A stretch of 63,818 bases of DNA, counting the filler, from Octopus bimaculoides (taxonomy: Eukaryota), in the NCBI RefSeq assembly GCF_001194135.2. It is 5 parts of 4 records of this genome, joined end to end, with 100 filler letters (N's around TTAATTAATTAA, not from the genome) between each part and the next. Parts side by side here need not be neighbours in the genome. Positions count along the whole stretch, not along the records: positions 1 to 19,206 come from NC_068991.1; 4 more parts are not named here. One strand, given 5' to 3'. The notes below the pieces were generated by a model, which worked only from the letters and a program-made list of their open reading frames with translations, had not been told where the DNA came from and did no database searches. Below are positions 1-14,286 of the stretch, piece after piece (within the stretch, counting starts at the first letter, position 1; each line of letters begins with the position of its first letter). A program made the position numbers and the translations under genes.

Positions 1-1666
1 TATATATATATATATATATATACATATATATGTCTGTGTGTGTGTGTTTGTGTGTGTGTGCATGTGTGTGTGTACGTGTGTGTACGTGTGTGTACGTGTG
101 TGTGCGTGTGTGTATGTACGTATATATGAATAATTTAATAGAGTTATGCATGTAAATGTAAACGCATTTATATAGCTTTGCATATTGTAACATATCTATT
201 GATCATATCAGTGTACATAACTCTATGCTGCGATGTACATTTGGCTTCGTTTACCATTCATCATATTTGCAGAAATCGTTTTTAACGTATTATAAACCTG
301 CATGGATACATATCTGTATTTTACATAATTGTTTATGAATATATATTTATCTATCTTTACATTTATATTTATTGATAGTTACAAAGATGTGAAAATGCAT
401 AAAACTATAGTTGTCTTTCATTTCACTTCATATATTTAACACCAAACGTTTTTATTAAATTTCTTTACTTCTTTCTCACATTACGCTAAAAGGATTTCGA
501 TTTGGTTACCTTAAATTTGATTATATTATTTCTAGGAATTTAATATTTCAAAGTAGGAATCCTATTTTGGAAAGGTATTTCATTTTCCTTGCGTTAGTTC
601 ATTTGCTTCTTTCTTTCGTTTTTCTCTTCTATTTCTCAATTTTCGTCCATTGTTTTACTTATGTTTAGAATGCACAGCTTGGAAATCTTCTCAACATTTG
701 TGAAGAGAATTCTTCCGAGATATTATGTATGTTAAAAATGCTGTCTCTCCATATTTATCATGTCTTTTCACGAAGTAGTTAGTATTCATTAAATTCATTT
801 TGTAACTCATTTCAGCCAACATGTATGAATTCTGCGGCATCTTTTATGAGCTGTTTTGCTGTCGTAGTGATTATGTTACATCATGTACGAGGATGTTTAA
901 GTTTAGAGTACCTAGTACTGACACAACGGTCATGTAGGGATTATGTTTGTATATAAGTACATAAATCCCTAGTCGGATTACACTTGTAGTGATGTGGATC
1001 GGCAAATAAATTCGATGAATTTGCGTGATTGCGTGGGAACACGTTAATCTGACATTTCCCTGTGTGACGCTTCTGAGAGAGAAAAAAGGCTAAGCCTTCT
1101 GCAAACGAGAAAGGGAGTAAGTTTTTTCCCAACTCCTTTACGGACCTTCACCTCTCACGCACAAATTCAAATCCAAAACATTGGTAATTTTCCCCCCTCC
1201 CCCGGGCATATAATCTTATTAAAACTTGAAAAATTCACTATATAGAACTAGTTCACTTTAAAATCAGTAATTGCTAACATGTAATATGTTTTCTGTGTTC
1301 TAATGTATATTTTCGGAAAGAAAAGATCTTTATTTCTTTTATTTTATGATGGACCCTTTTATCAAAAATGAATTTAATGGATAAAATTTATTCATGTTAT
1401 CATTAGTTGCCTGACGAGTCTAATTTGTAGGAAACCAAATCTGTATTTTTAAAATTTTTATCCTGCATTTAGCCTGATATTTATTCGATGAACTTCCAAG
1501 ATATTTATTTTAAAAATATATGGCAACAAAGTTACTGTATTACGATAGAAAAAAATAATATTCTGTTTCAATTAGTTGAAAGTTAGAATATTTTATAAGT
1601 GATTATGTCTTGAATAAATTGAAGACAACATTTTATAATTTGTTGGGGTTTTTTTCTAATTTACAG

Positions 1667-1718
1667 ATTAAAATGAAACATTGATTACCTATTAGACCAC
1701 GCATACTTTCTGTCACAG
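1667..1718 (+). other. Candidate non-coding (UTR-type) exon
   Basis: Acceptor TTTTTTTCTAATTTACAG| and consensus donor CAG|GTGAGT bracket 52 nt. All three frames contain stops, so it would be non-coding if real. Splice signals are the only evidence. Confidence 0.25.
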
Positions 1719-2824
1719 GTGAGTGAAATCATTCTTTATTTTATTTAAATCCTAAACGATGCTTCGATTTTGAATTTAGCTTTGTAAAATTCTTTATCTT
1801 AAATCATGTGTCGAAACAAATGTATCATTTGGTAAAATGACTCTCTCAAGACAATATTTAAGCTATACAATGTTTAATTTCTTTTTAATATATTCTGTTC
1901 CGTCTTCTGTTCGTGAGAGAAAACTGTGTCTCCATCTTTAAGACCTCGGAAAGGTCGAGTGTAAAATGAACACCGCTAATTAACGTTAATTAGCCAACTA
2001 ATGGACGAAGCACCTAGAGGGAGATAAAATGAAAGCAAATCGTACTAAATATAGCAAGGGTGCTACTACACGATCATTTGACGTCACAGAAATAGCAGTT
2101 AAATCTTTCTGCGCGCATTTTGGATAATGATAATGATGATGACAGGCTTATTTTGGCTGGAAAAGATACAAGAATGACAAAGCCTAATTTAGGTTTGTTC
2201 TGTCAGGTTTGGCCTTGAGCTAAACAACTACAACATTGAGAATTAAGATGGTAAAGAAAAGATGAAGGATTAGTTTGGTTCAAGCGCTAGATCGACTGTT
2301 CAAAAATACTTTGTAGGAATTCTGACTCTGACCAGAATGACATGGCTTTTCATTCTTTGGTATTGCACTGGAGTCAGTTGATTCAACAATACACATCACT
2401 GAAATTTGAAGCCTTCTGCAGTTGTTACAAATCAATATTCATTGTTGTTGTTCATGTTCTTGGTGTCGTAATTGCTGTTTAACCACGGGTCAACCATCGC
2501 TGAACCAGCCTATAATGGAAGACATTCCAGCCGTGAAGATTCCGATTTTTAATAGGCAGGAAACCCAAGGCTAGATCCTATAACTTCTGATTTTTTTTTG
2601 TAACGTGGTGGGAGTAATTTATAGTGAGATTAGTCTGCTATTTCTAGCATTTAATCCGCTATTTCTAATGCCCAATATTATATTATTAAAGCAGTTACCG
2701 TTTCTTACACAATTTTGTAAAAGAAAACTAATATTTTCCCAAGAAATTCAGTTTTAGCCTTAATTCAATTTAAATCACACCTGGACGGAATTAATAAATA
2801 TACAGACACAAAATATGGCTGCAT

Positions 2825-2964
2825 GCTTTAGAAGTTCGCTTCACAAGCTTTGGACTCAATTTCACTGAGCCGTGGGCAAGTGTCTTCTACTATAGCCTCG
2901 GGCCGACCAAAGCCTTGTGAGTGGTTATGGTAGACGGAAACTGAAAGAAGCCCGTCACACACAT

Positions 2965-3009
<45 letters not shown>

Positions 3010-3770
3010 NNNNNNNNNNNNNNNNNNNNNNNNNNNNNNNNNNNNNNNNNNNNNNNNNNNNNNNNNNNNNNNNNNNNNNNNNNNNNNNNNNNNNNNNNNN
3101 NNNNNNNNNNNNNNNNNNNNNNNNNNNNNNNNNNNNNNNNNNNNNNNNNNNNNNNNNNNNNNNNNNNNNNNNNNNNNNNNNNNNNNNNNNNNNNNNNNNN
3201 NNNNNNNNNNNNNNNNNNNNNNNNNNNNNNNNNNNNNNNNNNNNNNNNNNNNNNNNNNNNNNNNNNNNNNNNNNNNNNNNNNNNNNNNNNNNNNNNNNNN
3301 NNNNNNNNNNNNNNNNNNNNNNNNNNNNNNNNNNNNNNNNNNNNNNNNNNNNNNNNNNNNNNNNNNNNNNNNNNNNNNNNNNNNNNNNNNNNNNNNNNNN
3401 NNNNNNNNNNNNNNNNNNNNNNNNNNNNNNNNNNNNNNNNNNNNNNNNNNNNNNNNNNNNNNNNNNNNNNNNNNNNNNNNNNNNNNNNNNNNNNNNNNNN
3501 NNNNNNNNNNNNNNNNNNNNNNNNNNNNNNNNNNNNNNNNNNNNNNNNNNNNNNNNNNNNNNNTTTGTGTTTGTATTTGTCACCCACCATTGCTTCACAG
3601 CCGGTGTCCGTGTATCCACGTACCCGTAAATTAGCGGTTCGGCAAAGGGGGTCGATAGAATAAGAACCTGGTTGAAAAAGTTTAAGTCCTGAAGTAGATT
3701 CATTGGACTAAAACTTCTTCAAGGCTGTGCCCCAGCATGGCCATATTCAAATGACGAAAACAAGTAAAAA
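2825..3770 (+). mobile_element. SINE family C (CORE-like domain) with internal microsatellite and gap
   Basis: GGGCAAGTGTCTTCTACTATAGCCTCGGGCCGACCAAAGCCTTGTGAGTGG...GAAAGAAGCCCGTC, then (CA)n(TA)n and an N gap, then the 3' module TTAGCGGTTCGGCAAA...CCAGCATGGCC...CAAATGAC. The same order recurs at 8.1, 9.9, 10.7, 19.3, 30.0 and 60.9 kb. Confidence 0.85.
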
Positions 3771-4326
3771 AATAAATAAATAAATACATACTGGGGTCGA
3801 ATCGTCCGATTAAGACCCTTTCAAGCACTGCCCCAGCATAGCCGCAAACCAATGAGTTAAAGAAATCAAGAAATAAACGAAAACTTTTGCTATAAACACA
3901 GCACGAGAGGATCTTCCTAATTCCAGTCTGCAGCGATGCGTTAGTGCTAATAGCCATGTCTCTGCCAATAGAGTCGATAAGAACAGATCACGTGCAAAAG
4001 CATAAACTTCATAGTGTTAGCCACGGCTGTAAATGGTTCATATCCAAGCTGATCAATTCCGTCAAAAGCATGTCTTAAGAAATCATTCATTCTGCCAAGA
4101 TTTCCATTGATGGTCGAATATAAATTGGCAGCAATGAGTGGATTCTCTGGCAAACATCAGAGGAATATCTCGAGATAATGGCGGCACATTGTATTTAATC
4201 GTTGTCAAAAGCAATAATATTAATCATGTCTCAAAACTAAACTGAAGATAGAGTCGACGTTTCTAATCAATTTCTTCTATCATTTTTCTATTCATCTATC
4301 TCACTCACTCTCCCCTCTCTGTGTGT

Positions 4327-4371
<45 letters not shown>

Positions 4372-4381
4372 NNNNNNNNNN

Positions 4382-4417
<36 letters not shown>

Positions 4418-4701
4418 TTTTCTCTATGTTTCCCTCTTACTCTCCTCTCTACCTCGCTCTCTAGTTTTCGCTTTCTTTTACTGTCCTTTTCTCCAAACCT
4501 CTCTCTCTCTCTCTCTCTCTGTCTTTTACATTCTTTCTATCTCTGTGTTTCGTTTTATTTGCCGTTAGCAATAATAATGCTAACAATATCATGAACACAC
4601 ACACGCACACACACACACGTGTGAATATGTGCTTGTTTGTTATGTACATAAGCATACATATAAATAGCTTGTATATGTGTATATATAAGCATTATACATA
4701 C

Positions 4702-4738
<37 letters not shown>

Positions 4739-5611
4739 NNNNNNNNNNNNNNNNNNNNNNNNNNNNNNNNNNNNNNNNNNNNNNNNNNNNNNNNNNNNNN
4801 NNNNNNNNNNNNNNNNNNNNNNNNNNNNNNNNNNNNNNNNNNNNNNNNNNNNNNNNNNNNNNNNNNNNNNNNNNNNNNNNNNNNNNNNNNNNNNNNNNNN
4901 NNNNNNNNNNNNNNNNNNNNNNNNNNNNNNNNNNNNNNNNNNNNNNNNNNNNNNNNNNNNNNNNNNNNNNNNNNNNNNNNNNNNNNNNNNNNNNNNNNNN
5001 NNNNNNNNNNNNNNNNNNNNNNNNNNNNNNNNNNNNNNNNNNNNNNNNNNNNNNNNNNNNNNNNNNNNNNNNNNNNNNNNNNNNNNNNNNNNNNNNNNNN
5101 NNNNNNNNNNNNNNNNNNNNNNNNNNNNNNNNNNNNNNNNNNNNNNNNNNNNNNNNNNNNNNNNNNNNNNNNNNNNNNNNNNNNNNNNNNNNNNNNNNNN
5201 NNNNNNNNNNNNNNNNNNNNNNNNNNNNNNNNNNNNNNNNNNNNNNNNNNNNNNNNNNNNNNNNNNNNNNNNNNNNNNNNNNNNNNNNNNNNNNNNNNNN
5301 NNNNNNNNNNNNNNNNNNNNNNNNNNNNNATATATATGAACGTGTGTATGCATGCATGCATGTAAACATTTTCGTTTTCCATTTCGTTTGTAAAGATAAA
5401 ACTTCTAATCGCATGCTAAAAATCAGTAATTCTCACTTTGCTTAGTCGTATCACTGCCACCTTTTCCGCAGTGGACGCCGAATTCTACTTCCATGGATTA
5501 GATTCTGTATGTTTTCGGGTACTGAATGTCTTATATCTGTATATCTAATATCTTATGAATTATCTCTTATACGTACATTTGTATTTTTCATTTTATACGT
5601 ACATTTGCATA

Positions 5612-5991
5612 GGAGGCGCAATGGCCCAGTGGTTAGGGCAGCGGACTCGCGGTCAAAGGATTGCGGTTTCGATTCCCGGACCGTTGTGAGTGTTTATTGA
5701 GCGAAAACACCTAAAGCTCCACGAGGCTCCGGCAAGGGATGGTGGCGAACCCTGCTGTACTCTTTCATCACAACTTTCTCTCACTCTTACTTCCTGTTTC
5801 TGTTGTGCCTGTAATTCAAAGGACCAGCCTTGTCGCACTCTCTGTTACGCTCAATCTCCCCGAGAACTACGTTTAAGGGTACACGTATCTGTGGAGTCCT
5901 CAGCCATTTTCACGTTAATTTCACGCACAGGCTGTTCCGTTGACCGGTTGGGTTCAACTGAAAGGCTCGTTGTCGTAACCGACGGAGTACC
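5612..5991 (+). mobile_element. tRNA-derived SINE family A, full length
   Basis: A-box TGGCCCAGTGG and B-box-like GGTTTCGATTCC. 11-bp target-site duplication ACATTTGCATA at 5601-5611 and 5992-6002. Closely similar second copy at 55055. Confidence 0.9.
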
Positions 5992-6102
5992 ACATTTGCA
6001 TAATTTCGTAACATTTTTCAAAGTTTCAAAAGATTATCCCAAATGGTATATATTCATGTGTATTTGCATGTGTACACGCACACTCACACACATTCACACA
6101 CA

Positions 6103-6133
<31 letters not shown>

Positions 6134-6212
6134 GTATATGCACTATTATAATTATAAATATTATTATTGTTGGTGAAAGCGGCGAGCTGGCGGGATCGGT
6201 AGCACTCTGGAC

Positions 6213-6253
<41 letters not shown>

Positions 6254-6714
6254 NNNNNNNNNNNNNNNNNNNNNNNNNNNNNNNNNNNNNNNNNNNNNNN
6301 NNNNNNNNNNNNNNNNNNNNNNNNNNNNNNNNNNNNNNNNNNNNNNNNNNNNNNNNNNNNNNNNNNNNNNNNNNNNNNNNNNNNNNNNNNNNNNNNNNNN
6401 NNNNNNNNNNNNNNNNNNNNNNNNNNNNNNNNNNNNNNNNNNNNNNNNNNNNNNNNNNNNNNNNNNNNNNNNNNNNNNNNNNNNNNNNNNNNNNNNNNNN
6501 NNNNNNNNNNNNNNNNNNNNNNNNNNNNNNNNNNNNNNNNNNNNNNNNNNNNNNNNNNNNNNNNNNNNNNNNNNNNNNNNNNNNNNNNNNNNNNNNNNNN
6601 NNNNNNNNNNNNNNNNNNNNNNNNNNNNNNNNNNNNNNNNNNATATATATATATATATATATATACATATAGATAGATACATAGAGAGATAGATAGACAG
6701 ACAAACAGACAGAC

Positions 6715-6774
<60 letters not shown>

Positions 6775-6810
6775 TATGGAGGCATATGCATAAATAAAAG
6801 CATATATGTA

Positions 6811-6849
<39 letters not shown>

Positions 6850-7069
6850 ATACATATGTGCAACTATTCATGTTTTTATATATTGCATATATATATGCAA
6901 TATATATACACATACACACATATATACACACACACACACACATATATATACATATACATGCATATATATTTGAGTGCGTACCTGCGTTTGTTATTTTCAT
7001 ATTTAAGTTATATGACTGATAATATAGATAATAAAATTACATCGAATCTACAAAATCCAGTGATGCGGA

Positions 7070-7455
7070 TATATTTTTCAAATTTAGGCACTAGGCCAGG
7101 AAAGTTGAGGGTGGGGCCTCGTCTATCACGTCGACCCGAGTGCTTAACTGGTACTTACTTTATCGGCTCCGACAGGATGAAAAGCGAAATCGACCACGGC
7201 AGGTTTTGAACTCAGAACGTAAAGACGTTGCTAAGTATTTCGCCTAGTGCGCTAACGCTTCTTCCAGCTTGCCGCCTTCGTAGTGTAAATATTAATCTTT
7301 TCTACTCCAGGCATAAGGCCAGAAATTTGGGGGGAGGTGGGCCTGTCGATTATAACCACCCAGTACGCAACTGGTATTTAATTTATTGACCCTGAAAGAA
7401 TGAAAGGCAATGTCAACCTTGTATCTCGCCCGGCGTGCAAGTACTTGCCGCCTTC
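7070..7455 (-). mobile_element. Two tandem SINE family B copies (Deu/Nin-like central domain)
   Basis: Reverse complement of GCCTTTCATCCT.TCGGGGTCGATAAA.TAAGTACCAGT occurs twice, each with a GGCGGCAAG head at the right end. Confidence 0.8.
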
Positions 7456-7958
7456 GTAATGTAAATATTAATGAGATGTGAATGGACCTCAATTCACGAC
7501 TAACGGACAAAATGGCGATTGTTCGAAACCGTTACGATATTAACAGAGTACAACTTGCAAGATTGAAAAATTGTAAATTCCAGAATAAGTTCTGTAAACG
7601 TCAAAACACATCCAAAATACAAGTATAATGTTATAATATTATGGATGTTATAAAATTATGAAATAGAAAAAAAAACTATTAATATTAAAATACAATGTAA
7701 ATTGCAAATTCTAAATTTGCAATATTATACAAAATATGAAATTATAGAATACAAAAATACAAATTATATATTACAAGGTTGCAATTTTATAAACTTATAA
7801 AATTATCAAATATGCAAAATTATAAATTTTATAATCATACAATCGAACAATTTTGTAATTAATGTGTTCTAAGAGAGAAGTCAAATTCATAAGTGAGACC
7901 ATACAAAATCATAAGACGTCATTATGAATTGCGAATATGTATGAAAGGACAAATATAC

Positions 7959-8043
<85 letters not shown>

Positions 8044-8097
8044 TATATATATATGCATATGTATTTATATATATATTTACATCTATATATATACATT

Positions 8098-8420
8098 CTT
8101 TGTAAGCCAAGTACTTATTCTATCGTACTCTTTTGCCGAACCGCTAGTTACGGGAACGTAATCGCCTTACCATCGGTTGTCAAGCGATGTAGGAGGTGGG
8201 GACAAACACAGATGCACAAACATATACATACACATACATCTATGTATATACATATAAACGACGGACTTCTTTCAGTTTCCCTCTACCAAAGCCACTCACA
8301 CGGCTTTAGTCGGCCCGATGCTATAGTAGAAGGCTGCTGCTCAAGGTGCCACGCATTTGAAACCGAACCCGAAGCCATCTGGTTTGTAGGCAAGCTATTT
8401 ACCACACAGCCACCCCTGTA
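8098..8420 (-). mobile_element. SINE family C
   Basis: Reverse of the family C head/CORE and 3' modules, with an internal (CATA/CA) tract at about 8215-8255. Confidence 0.85.
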
Positions 8421-9546
8421 CCTATGCCACACAGCCACTCCTGCGCCTATATATCTAGTCTGTAACACTCTTGTCGGTTAAAATTCTTCAGCACACCAGG
8501 AGTTTGAACTCTTTTTATCAAACGAGTGAATACTAAACAATGTTAGTCGAAACCAACGACAAATTCACTACATCTCACTTTTCCTACCACTCCCACTTCA
8601 CTTACAATCACTCACACATTTAAAACAACGCATTATCATATTCGACGCCATTGACATACTCGGTTGCATTCTATTTCCGGTGTCCTACTTCAAATTATAA
8701 TAGCCGCTCGGTTTTAACGTGTTTTTATTTTTTTGTTGTTGTTGAAATATTTATATGTTTGTTAGCATCCTAACATACATAGAAAAAGGAGGAGAAAGAC
8801 AACAAAGAAGCAATTAAAAATCTTAATCTGAAGTTCGATTCTACAGTGCATATTAAAAACGGTTTTGTTGTGTATTATTTATGAGTATTACACGAAATAA
8901 AGACCTCTCAATAAACCATTCAACAGTCAAGAAGGAGGTTTCAAATATACATTTTTGCATTATATGTGTGTGTGTGTGTCTGTGTGTGTGTGTGTGTGTG
9001 TGCGTGTGTAATGTAAAAATGTATATTTGAAATTCATATATATATATATATATATATANNNNNNNNNNNNNNNNNNNNNNNNNNNNNNNNNNNNNNNNNN
9101 NNNNNNNNNNNNNNNNNNNNNNNNNNNNNNNNNNNNNNNNNNNNNNNNNNNNNNNNNNNNNNNNNNNNNNNNNNNNNNNNNNNNNNNNNNNNNNNNNNNN
9201 NNNNNNNNNNNNNNNNNNNNNNNNNNNNNNNNNNNNNNNNNNNNNNNNNNNNNNNNNNNNNNNNNNNNNNNNNNNNNNNNNTATATATATATATATATAT
9301 ATATATATCATAAATATATAGGGATTGACAGTAACCTGCTTCTCCAACATACTGAGAATTCCCGGCAAAATTGTTAATTATTAATTTTATTACTAATTGA
9401 CGATTCCCTGCCCTGCATATCTATATTTATATATATATATATATGTATATATGCATATACATTCATACATACCACAGACACACATATATATGCATATACA
9501 TATATACATATATATATGCATATATACGTATGAATATATATGCATG

Positions 9547-9579
<33 letters not shown>

Positions 9580-9598
9580 ATTTATATGTCTATGTATG

Positions 9599-9637
<39 letters not shown>

Positions 9638-9669
9638 TATCATATATTACATAATATTATATTATGTTA

Positions 9670-9900
9670 GAGCGGCAGGCTGGCAGAAACGTTAGCACGC
9701 CGGGCGAAATGCGTAGCGGTACCTCGTCTACCGTTACGTTCTGAGTTCAAATTCCGCCGATGTCGACTTTGCCTTTCATCCTTTCTGGGTTGATTAAATA
9801 GGCACCTATTACGTACTGGGGTCGATGTAATCGACTTAATCCCTTTGTCTATCCTTATTTGTCCCCTCTATGTTTAGCCTCCTGTGGGTAATAAAGAAAT
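9670..9900 (+). mobile_element. SINE family B variant with an alternative 3' tail
   Basis: Head GCGGCAGGCTGGCAGAAACGTTAGCACGCCGGGCGAAATGC, CTGAGTTCAAATTCCGCCG, then GCCTTTCATCC. The tail TTGTCCCCTCTATGTTTAGCC differs from other B copies. Confidence 0.8.
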
Positions 9901-9924
9901 GAATATTATGTTATATTATATTTT

Positions 9925-10286
9925 GCTTGTTTCAGTCGGACTGCAGCCATACTGGAGCATTGTCCCGAAGAACATTATTCGAAAGATTCGACCCCAGTAC
10001 TTGTCTTTTTAAAACGTGTTTTGCTGAACCGCTAAGTTACGGGGTCGAAAACTCGCCAACAGCAGTGGTGTAGGGTCAAACAGTGGCAGAGAGAAATAGA
10101 GAGACAGAAAGAGAGAGAGAGACAGAGAGAGACAGAGACAGAGAGAGAGAGACAGACAGAGACAGACAGAGAGAGACAGACAGAGAGAGAGACACACATA
10201 TACAAATACTATGGGCTTCTTTCAGTTTTCGTCTACCAAATCCACTCGCAAGGCTTTGGTTAGCCCAATGCTATAGTGGAACTCTC
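9925..10286 (-). mobile_element. SINE family C with internal (GA/GACA)n
   Basis: 3' module at 9925-10085, purine microsatellite at 10088-10200, CORE-like module at 10213-10286 running into a gap. Confidence 0.8.
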
Positions 10287-10667
10287 NNNNNNNNNNNNNN
10301 NNNNNNNNNNNNNNNNNNNNNNNNNNNNNNNNNNNNNNNNNNNNNNNNNNNNNNNNNNNNNNNNNNNNNNNNNNNNNNNNNNNNNNNNNNNNNNNNNNNN
10401 NNNNNNNNNNNNNNNNNNNNNNNNNNNNNNNNNNNNNNNNNNNNNNNNNNNNNNNNNNNNNNNNNNNNNNNNNNNNNNNNNNNNNNNNNNNNNNNNNNNN
10501 NNNNNNNNNNNNNNNNNNNNNNNNNNNNNNNNNNNNNNNNNNNNNNNNNNNNNNNNNNNNNNNNNNNNNNNNNNNNNNNNNNNNNNNNNNNNNNNNNNNN
10601 NNNNNNNNNNNNNNNNNNNNNNNNNNNNNNNNNNNNNNNNNNNNNNNNNNNNNNNNNNNNNNNNNNN

Positions 10668-10701
<34 letters not shown>

Positions 10702-10719
10702 GAAATGTTTTTGTTTCTG

Positions 10720-10920
10720 TGTGTGTGTTTGTGTGTCTGTGTTGTCCCCCACCATCGCTTGACAACAAATATTGGTGTGTCAACGTCTCCATGATCTAGC
10801 GGTTCGGCAAAAGAATAAGTACTAGGCTTACAAAAACTAAGTCCTGAGGTCGATTCGTTCGACTAAAGGCGGCGCTCCAGCATGGCCGCAGTCAAATGAC
10901 TGAAAGAAATAAAAGACTGA
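10720..10920 (+). mobile_element. SINE family C, 3' module
   Basis: TGTCCCCCACCATCGCTTGACAAC...TAGCGGTTCGGCAAAAG...GGCGGCGCTCCAGCATGGCCGCAGTCAAATGACTGAAA, with CpGs intact. Confidence 0.85.
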
Positions 10921-11096
10921 GAGAATATATGTGTGTGCATGTGTACCTGTATGTTTGTATGTATATGTATACAAACACATACACGGGAACGCATGCACGC
11001 ACACATACATGCACACACTGAAAGGAATATGCGTGTGCGTGTGTATGTAAGCATATTTCATTATGTATATACAGGCATTATGTTTGGGTGCGATGT

Positions 11097-11136
<40 letters not shown>

Positions 11137-11453
11137 TGCATGTGTCTGAACTCTGGCATATGTATATATGCGTGAGAACGGATTTCAGTACACATCAATG
11201 TTTGGCTGTGTTTTACTTTGCTTGTAGTTATGCGTCTATTTTGAACATGAGTGTGTGTGTGTGTGTGTGTGTGTGTATAAGTGCGTGTGTCTGCGCGTGT
11301 GTGTGTGTGTCTGCGCGCGTGTGTGTGTGTCTGGTGCGTGTGTGTGTGTACGTTTCTCTGTAAGCTTGAATGTGTATGCTTCTATATCTATGCATATGTC
11401 CTTATATGCATTTCGATATGTGTGCGCATTGTTATCTCTGTTTGCCTTTTCTA

Positions 11454-11502
<49 letters not shown>

Positions 11503-11747
11503 TTTGGTTCTTCCAATGTGTGATGTATGTAAGTGATCTACAAAACAACATTCTGCCTATTTTCAATTAATTTCCGGACTGTGTCATTCAATACATTCAA
11601 TACATTAAAATAAGAGATATTATAATATTGAATTTTCCATTTTTATTTTTATTTTCGATGAAATATACATGTTAAAAAAATGTGCACGCATATATATACA
11701 TATATAATTACTCATACATACACACACTCACGCACACGCAAGCATAC

Positions 11748-11790
<43 letters not shown>

Positions 11791-12737
11791 GATATGTATG
11801 TATGTATGTAGGCAGGTAGGTATGTAGGTATGTAAGTATGTATATTTATATACATATATATACATATATATGTATGTATGCATTTATATATATATATATA
11901 TATGTATGTATGTGTGTATGTATGCATGCATTTATGCATGTATGTATGTATACGTGTATGTGTGTATGTTGTATGTATGCATGCATTGTGTATGCATGTA
12001 TGTATGCACACGTACACAAAGACGTATGCAAACCTGCATACAGACAGGCATTTTTTTTTTTCATAATACTTAAATACTGATCGTAAAGAGAGTCAGCCAT
12101 CTTCCATTACCTAAATGCTTTCCTCAAGCAAAACAACAACAAAACAATAAGAAAAATAAAGGAAAAGACAGCCAGCTTTATGAGAAAAGTAGGCTTTCAT
12201 TCTTTTACAATATATTTTTATTTATATTTATGTCGACTGTAATTTTGTTTATATTTTGTTGATTACATTTTTTTTTTTTTGTTACTAAAAGAAACACCTT
12301 CGTCATATTGAACTTTAAGTCGCATACATACAGGATACAGAGTGCCTTGAATCTCTATGACAAGAACACAATTTCTTTTCTGTGTGTGGAGAAGTACAGT
12401 TGTTCAATAGACAAAATGTTGAACTATTTATTGATAGAGTAGGGTCTTTGGGTCTGATATATTTCATTGATGTGGTGCAGTAGTATGCATGAATATCTGT
12501 GAATGGTGTCTTCACTGATCCGATTGAAAACCCACGCACATGATTAGCGTTAGTTTTTTTTTTTTTTTTAATGGCTCGTGTATTTCGCATGTGTTCTTTT
12601 TTTTTCCGTGCGTGTTTGTTTTGTATTTTTGTGTTATTATCTTACTCAACGAAAAGACAGAGGTGAACTTATAAATAGCATAAATAAACGCTGATAGTTC
12701 ATTGTTCACTCACACACTCACACTCACACGCACATAC

Positions 12738-12746
12738 CTATCTATC

Positions 12747-12810
<64 letters not shown>

Positions 12811-12863
12811 ATCTATCTATCAATCTATCTATTCATCAATCTATTTATCTATCTAGCTATCTC

Positions 12864-12960
<97 letters not shown>

Positions 12961-13105
12961 CTCTCTCTGTCTATCTATCTATCTATTTAACTATCTAACT
13001 ATCAACCTCTCTATCCGTCTGTCTATCTATCTATCCATCTATCTATCTATCTGTTTGTCTATCTATCGATTTATCTATGTATTTATCTATCCATCTATCT
13101 ATACG
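12738..13105. repeat. Compound microsatellite (TATC)n/(TC)n
   Basis: Directly visible tandem tetra- and dinucleotide runs. Confidence 0.95.
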
Positions 13106-13109
13106 TACA

Positions 13110-13245
13110 TATCATCATCATCATCATCATCATTGAACGTCCGCTGTCTATGCTGGCATAAGTTGGACAGTTTGACTAAAGATTGGTAAGCTGCACCAGG
13201 TTCCAATCTGATTTGCTAAGGTTCCTACGGCTGGATGTCCTTCGA
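13110..13245 (-). mobile_element. RTE-like 3' tail element (family D), partial
   Basis: (CAT)n then TGAACGTCCGCTGTCTATGCTGGCAT...GGCTGGATGTCCTTC; matches copies at 24.1 and 36.4 kb. A (GAT)n tail is typical of RTE-clade 3' ends; the clade assignment is inferred. Confidence 0.65.
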
Positions 13246-14249
13246 AAATTTAACAAATGTCTTTACAAAACACTAAAGAAAAGCCATGGAATTTTCGATA
13301 GGCTAAAAATACAGTATATATGGAAAGAGATTAGGTAAATATCTGAGTCCCACGTACATACAGGCAGTGGCCTACAAAAGACGCAGTTGTGAGCTAGAAC
13401 CGACTTTTCACCGGTCACAAACCTGACGTACGAATGTCAAGCAGAACGCTAGGGATAATAAAATATTAATTTCAACTACACCGGAAGGAAAACAATGAGG
13501 TGGTCACGTTTGAAACGTTTTTGGTAATAGGCAAGCTGGAACAGACTGACGGAAGAGCTCCACAGCAGCAACAGCAATAACAAATGCTTACTAAAAGCCA
13601 CGCATGAAAAATTCTTCATAAAGTGAACAGCGTACAATTTTCATAAGCAGTATTTTAGAGAGCGCTTTCCAAACCTTGTACATTGCGACAGTCGGTGTGT
13701 GGGAATATATCAAAGAATAACAGCTGTTTGATGTGACGCTTTTATATTACTCGGAGAAAAAAAACCTGTTTATGTTTACTTCCATATGTTACCATGGCAA
13801 CTATAATCTAATTTAGTTCTTATTCGCAATGAAAATTATATTAAACACAATTGCAACTAGAAATAAGCGTAACTGATAGTATGTGAGTAATGCGCTGCAC
13901 ATATAAGACTCACAAAGATTCAGACACATTCACACAAAGGCGGAGATATATACGTACAGCAGAGAGAGACACAGATATACGAAGATAGGGATACACGCAG
14001 ACAATGATAGAGACACGCATAAAAGAAAGCCCATACATAAGATATGAACAGGTTTAACAGGTGTATACTACGCATATTTACATGTATGCATTCATATGAT
14101 TTTCTTTATGTGTTTATATATGTGTGTGTGTGTATGCCTGCGTGTGTGTAATGATAATATCTATTTATATATATACACACACACCTATATATAAATATAT
14201 AAGTATTATACACATATATAAAAACATACATATATACATACATATATAT

Positions 14250-14286
<37 letters not shown>

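Noticed and set aside
1411-1435. Hammerhead-core words CTGACGA...GAAAC
   Set aside because: Stem II is incomplete (GTCTA vs TAG, two bases short), there is no in-register stem I partner, and it is a single copy. At best a relic.
2079-2086. TGACGTCA CRE site (also at 46032-46039)
   Set aside because: An 8-mer is expected by chance at this scale, and the first lies in repeat-like sequence.
3900-4200. Unique sequence with a 68-aa minus-strand ORF
   Set aside because: No ATG start, no convincing splice pair and no recognisable domain.
5612-5690. tRNA gene
   Set aside because: The tRNA-like head continues into a 380-bp SINE body with a TSD and no acceptor stem.
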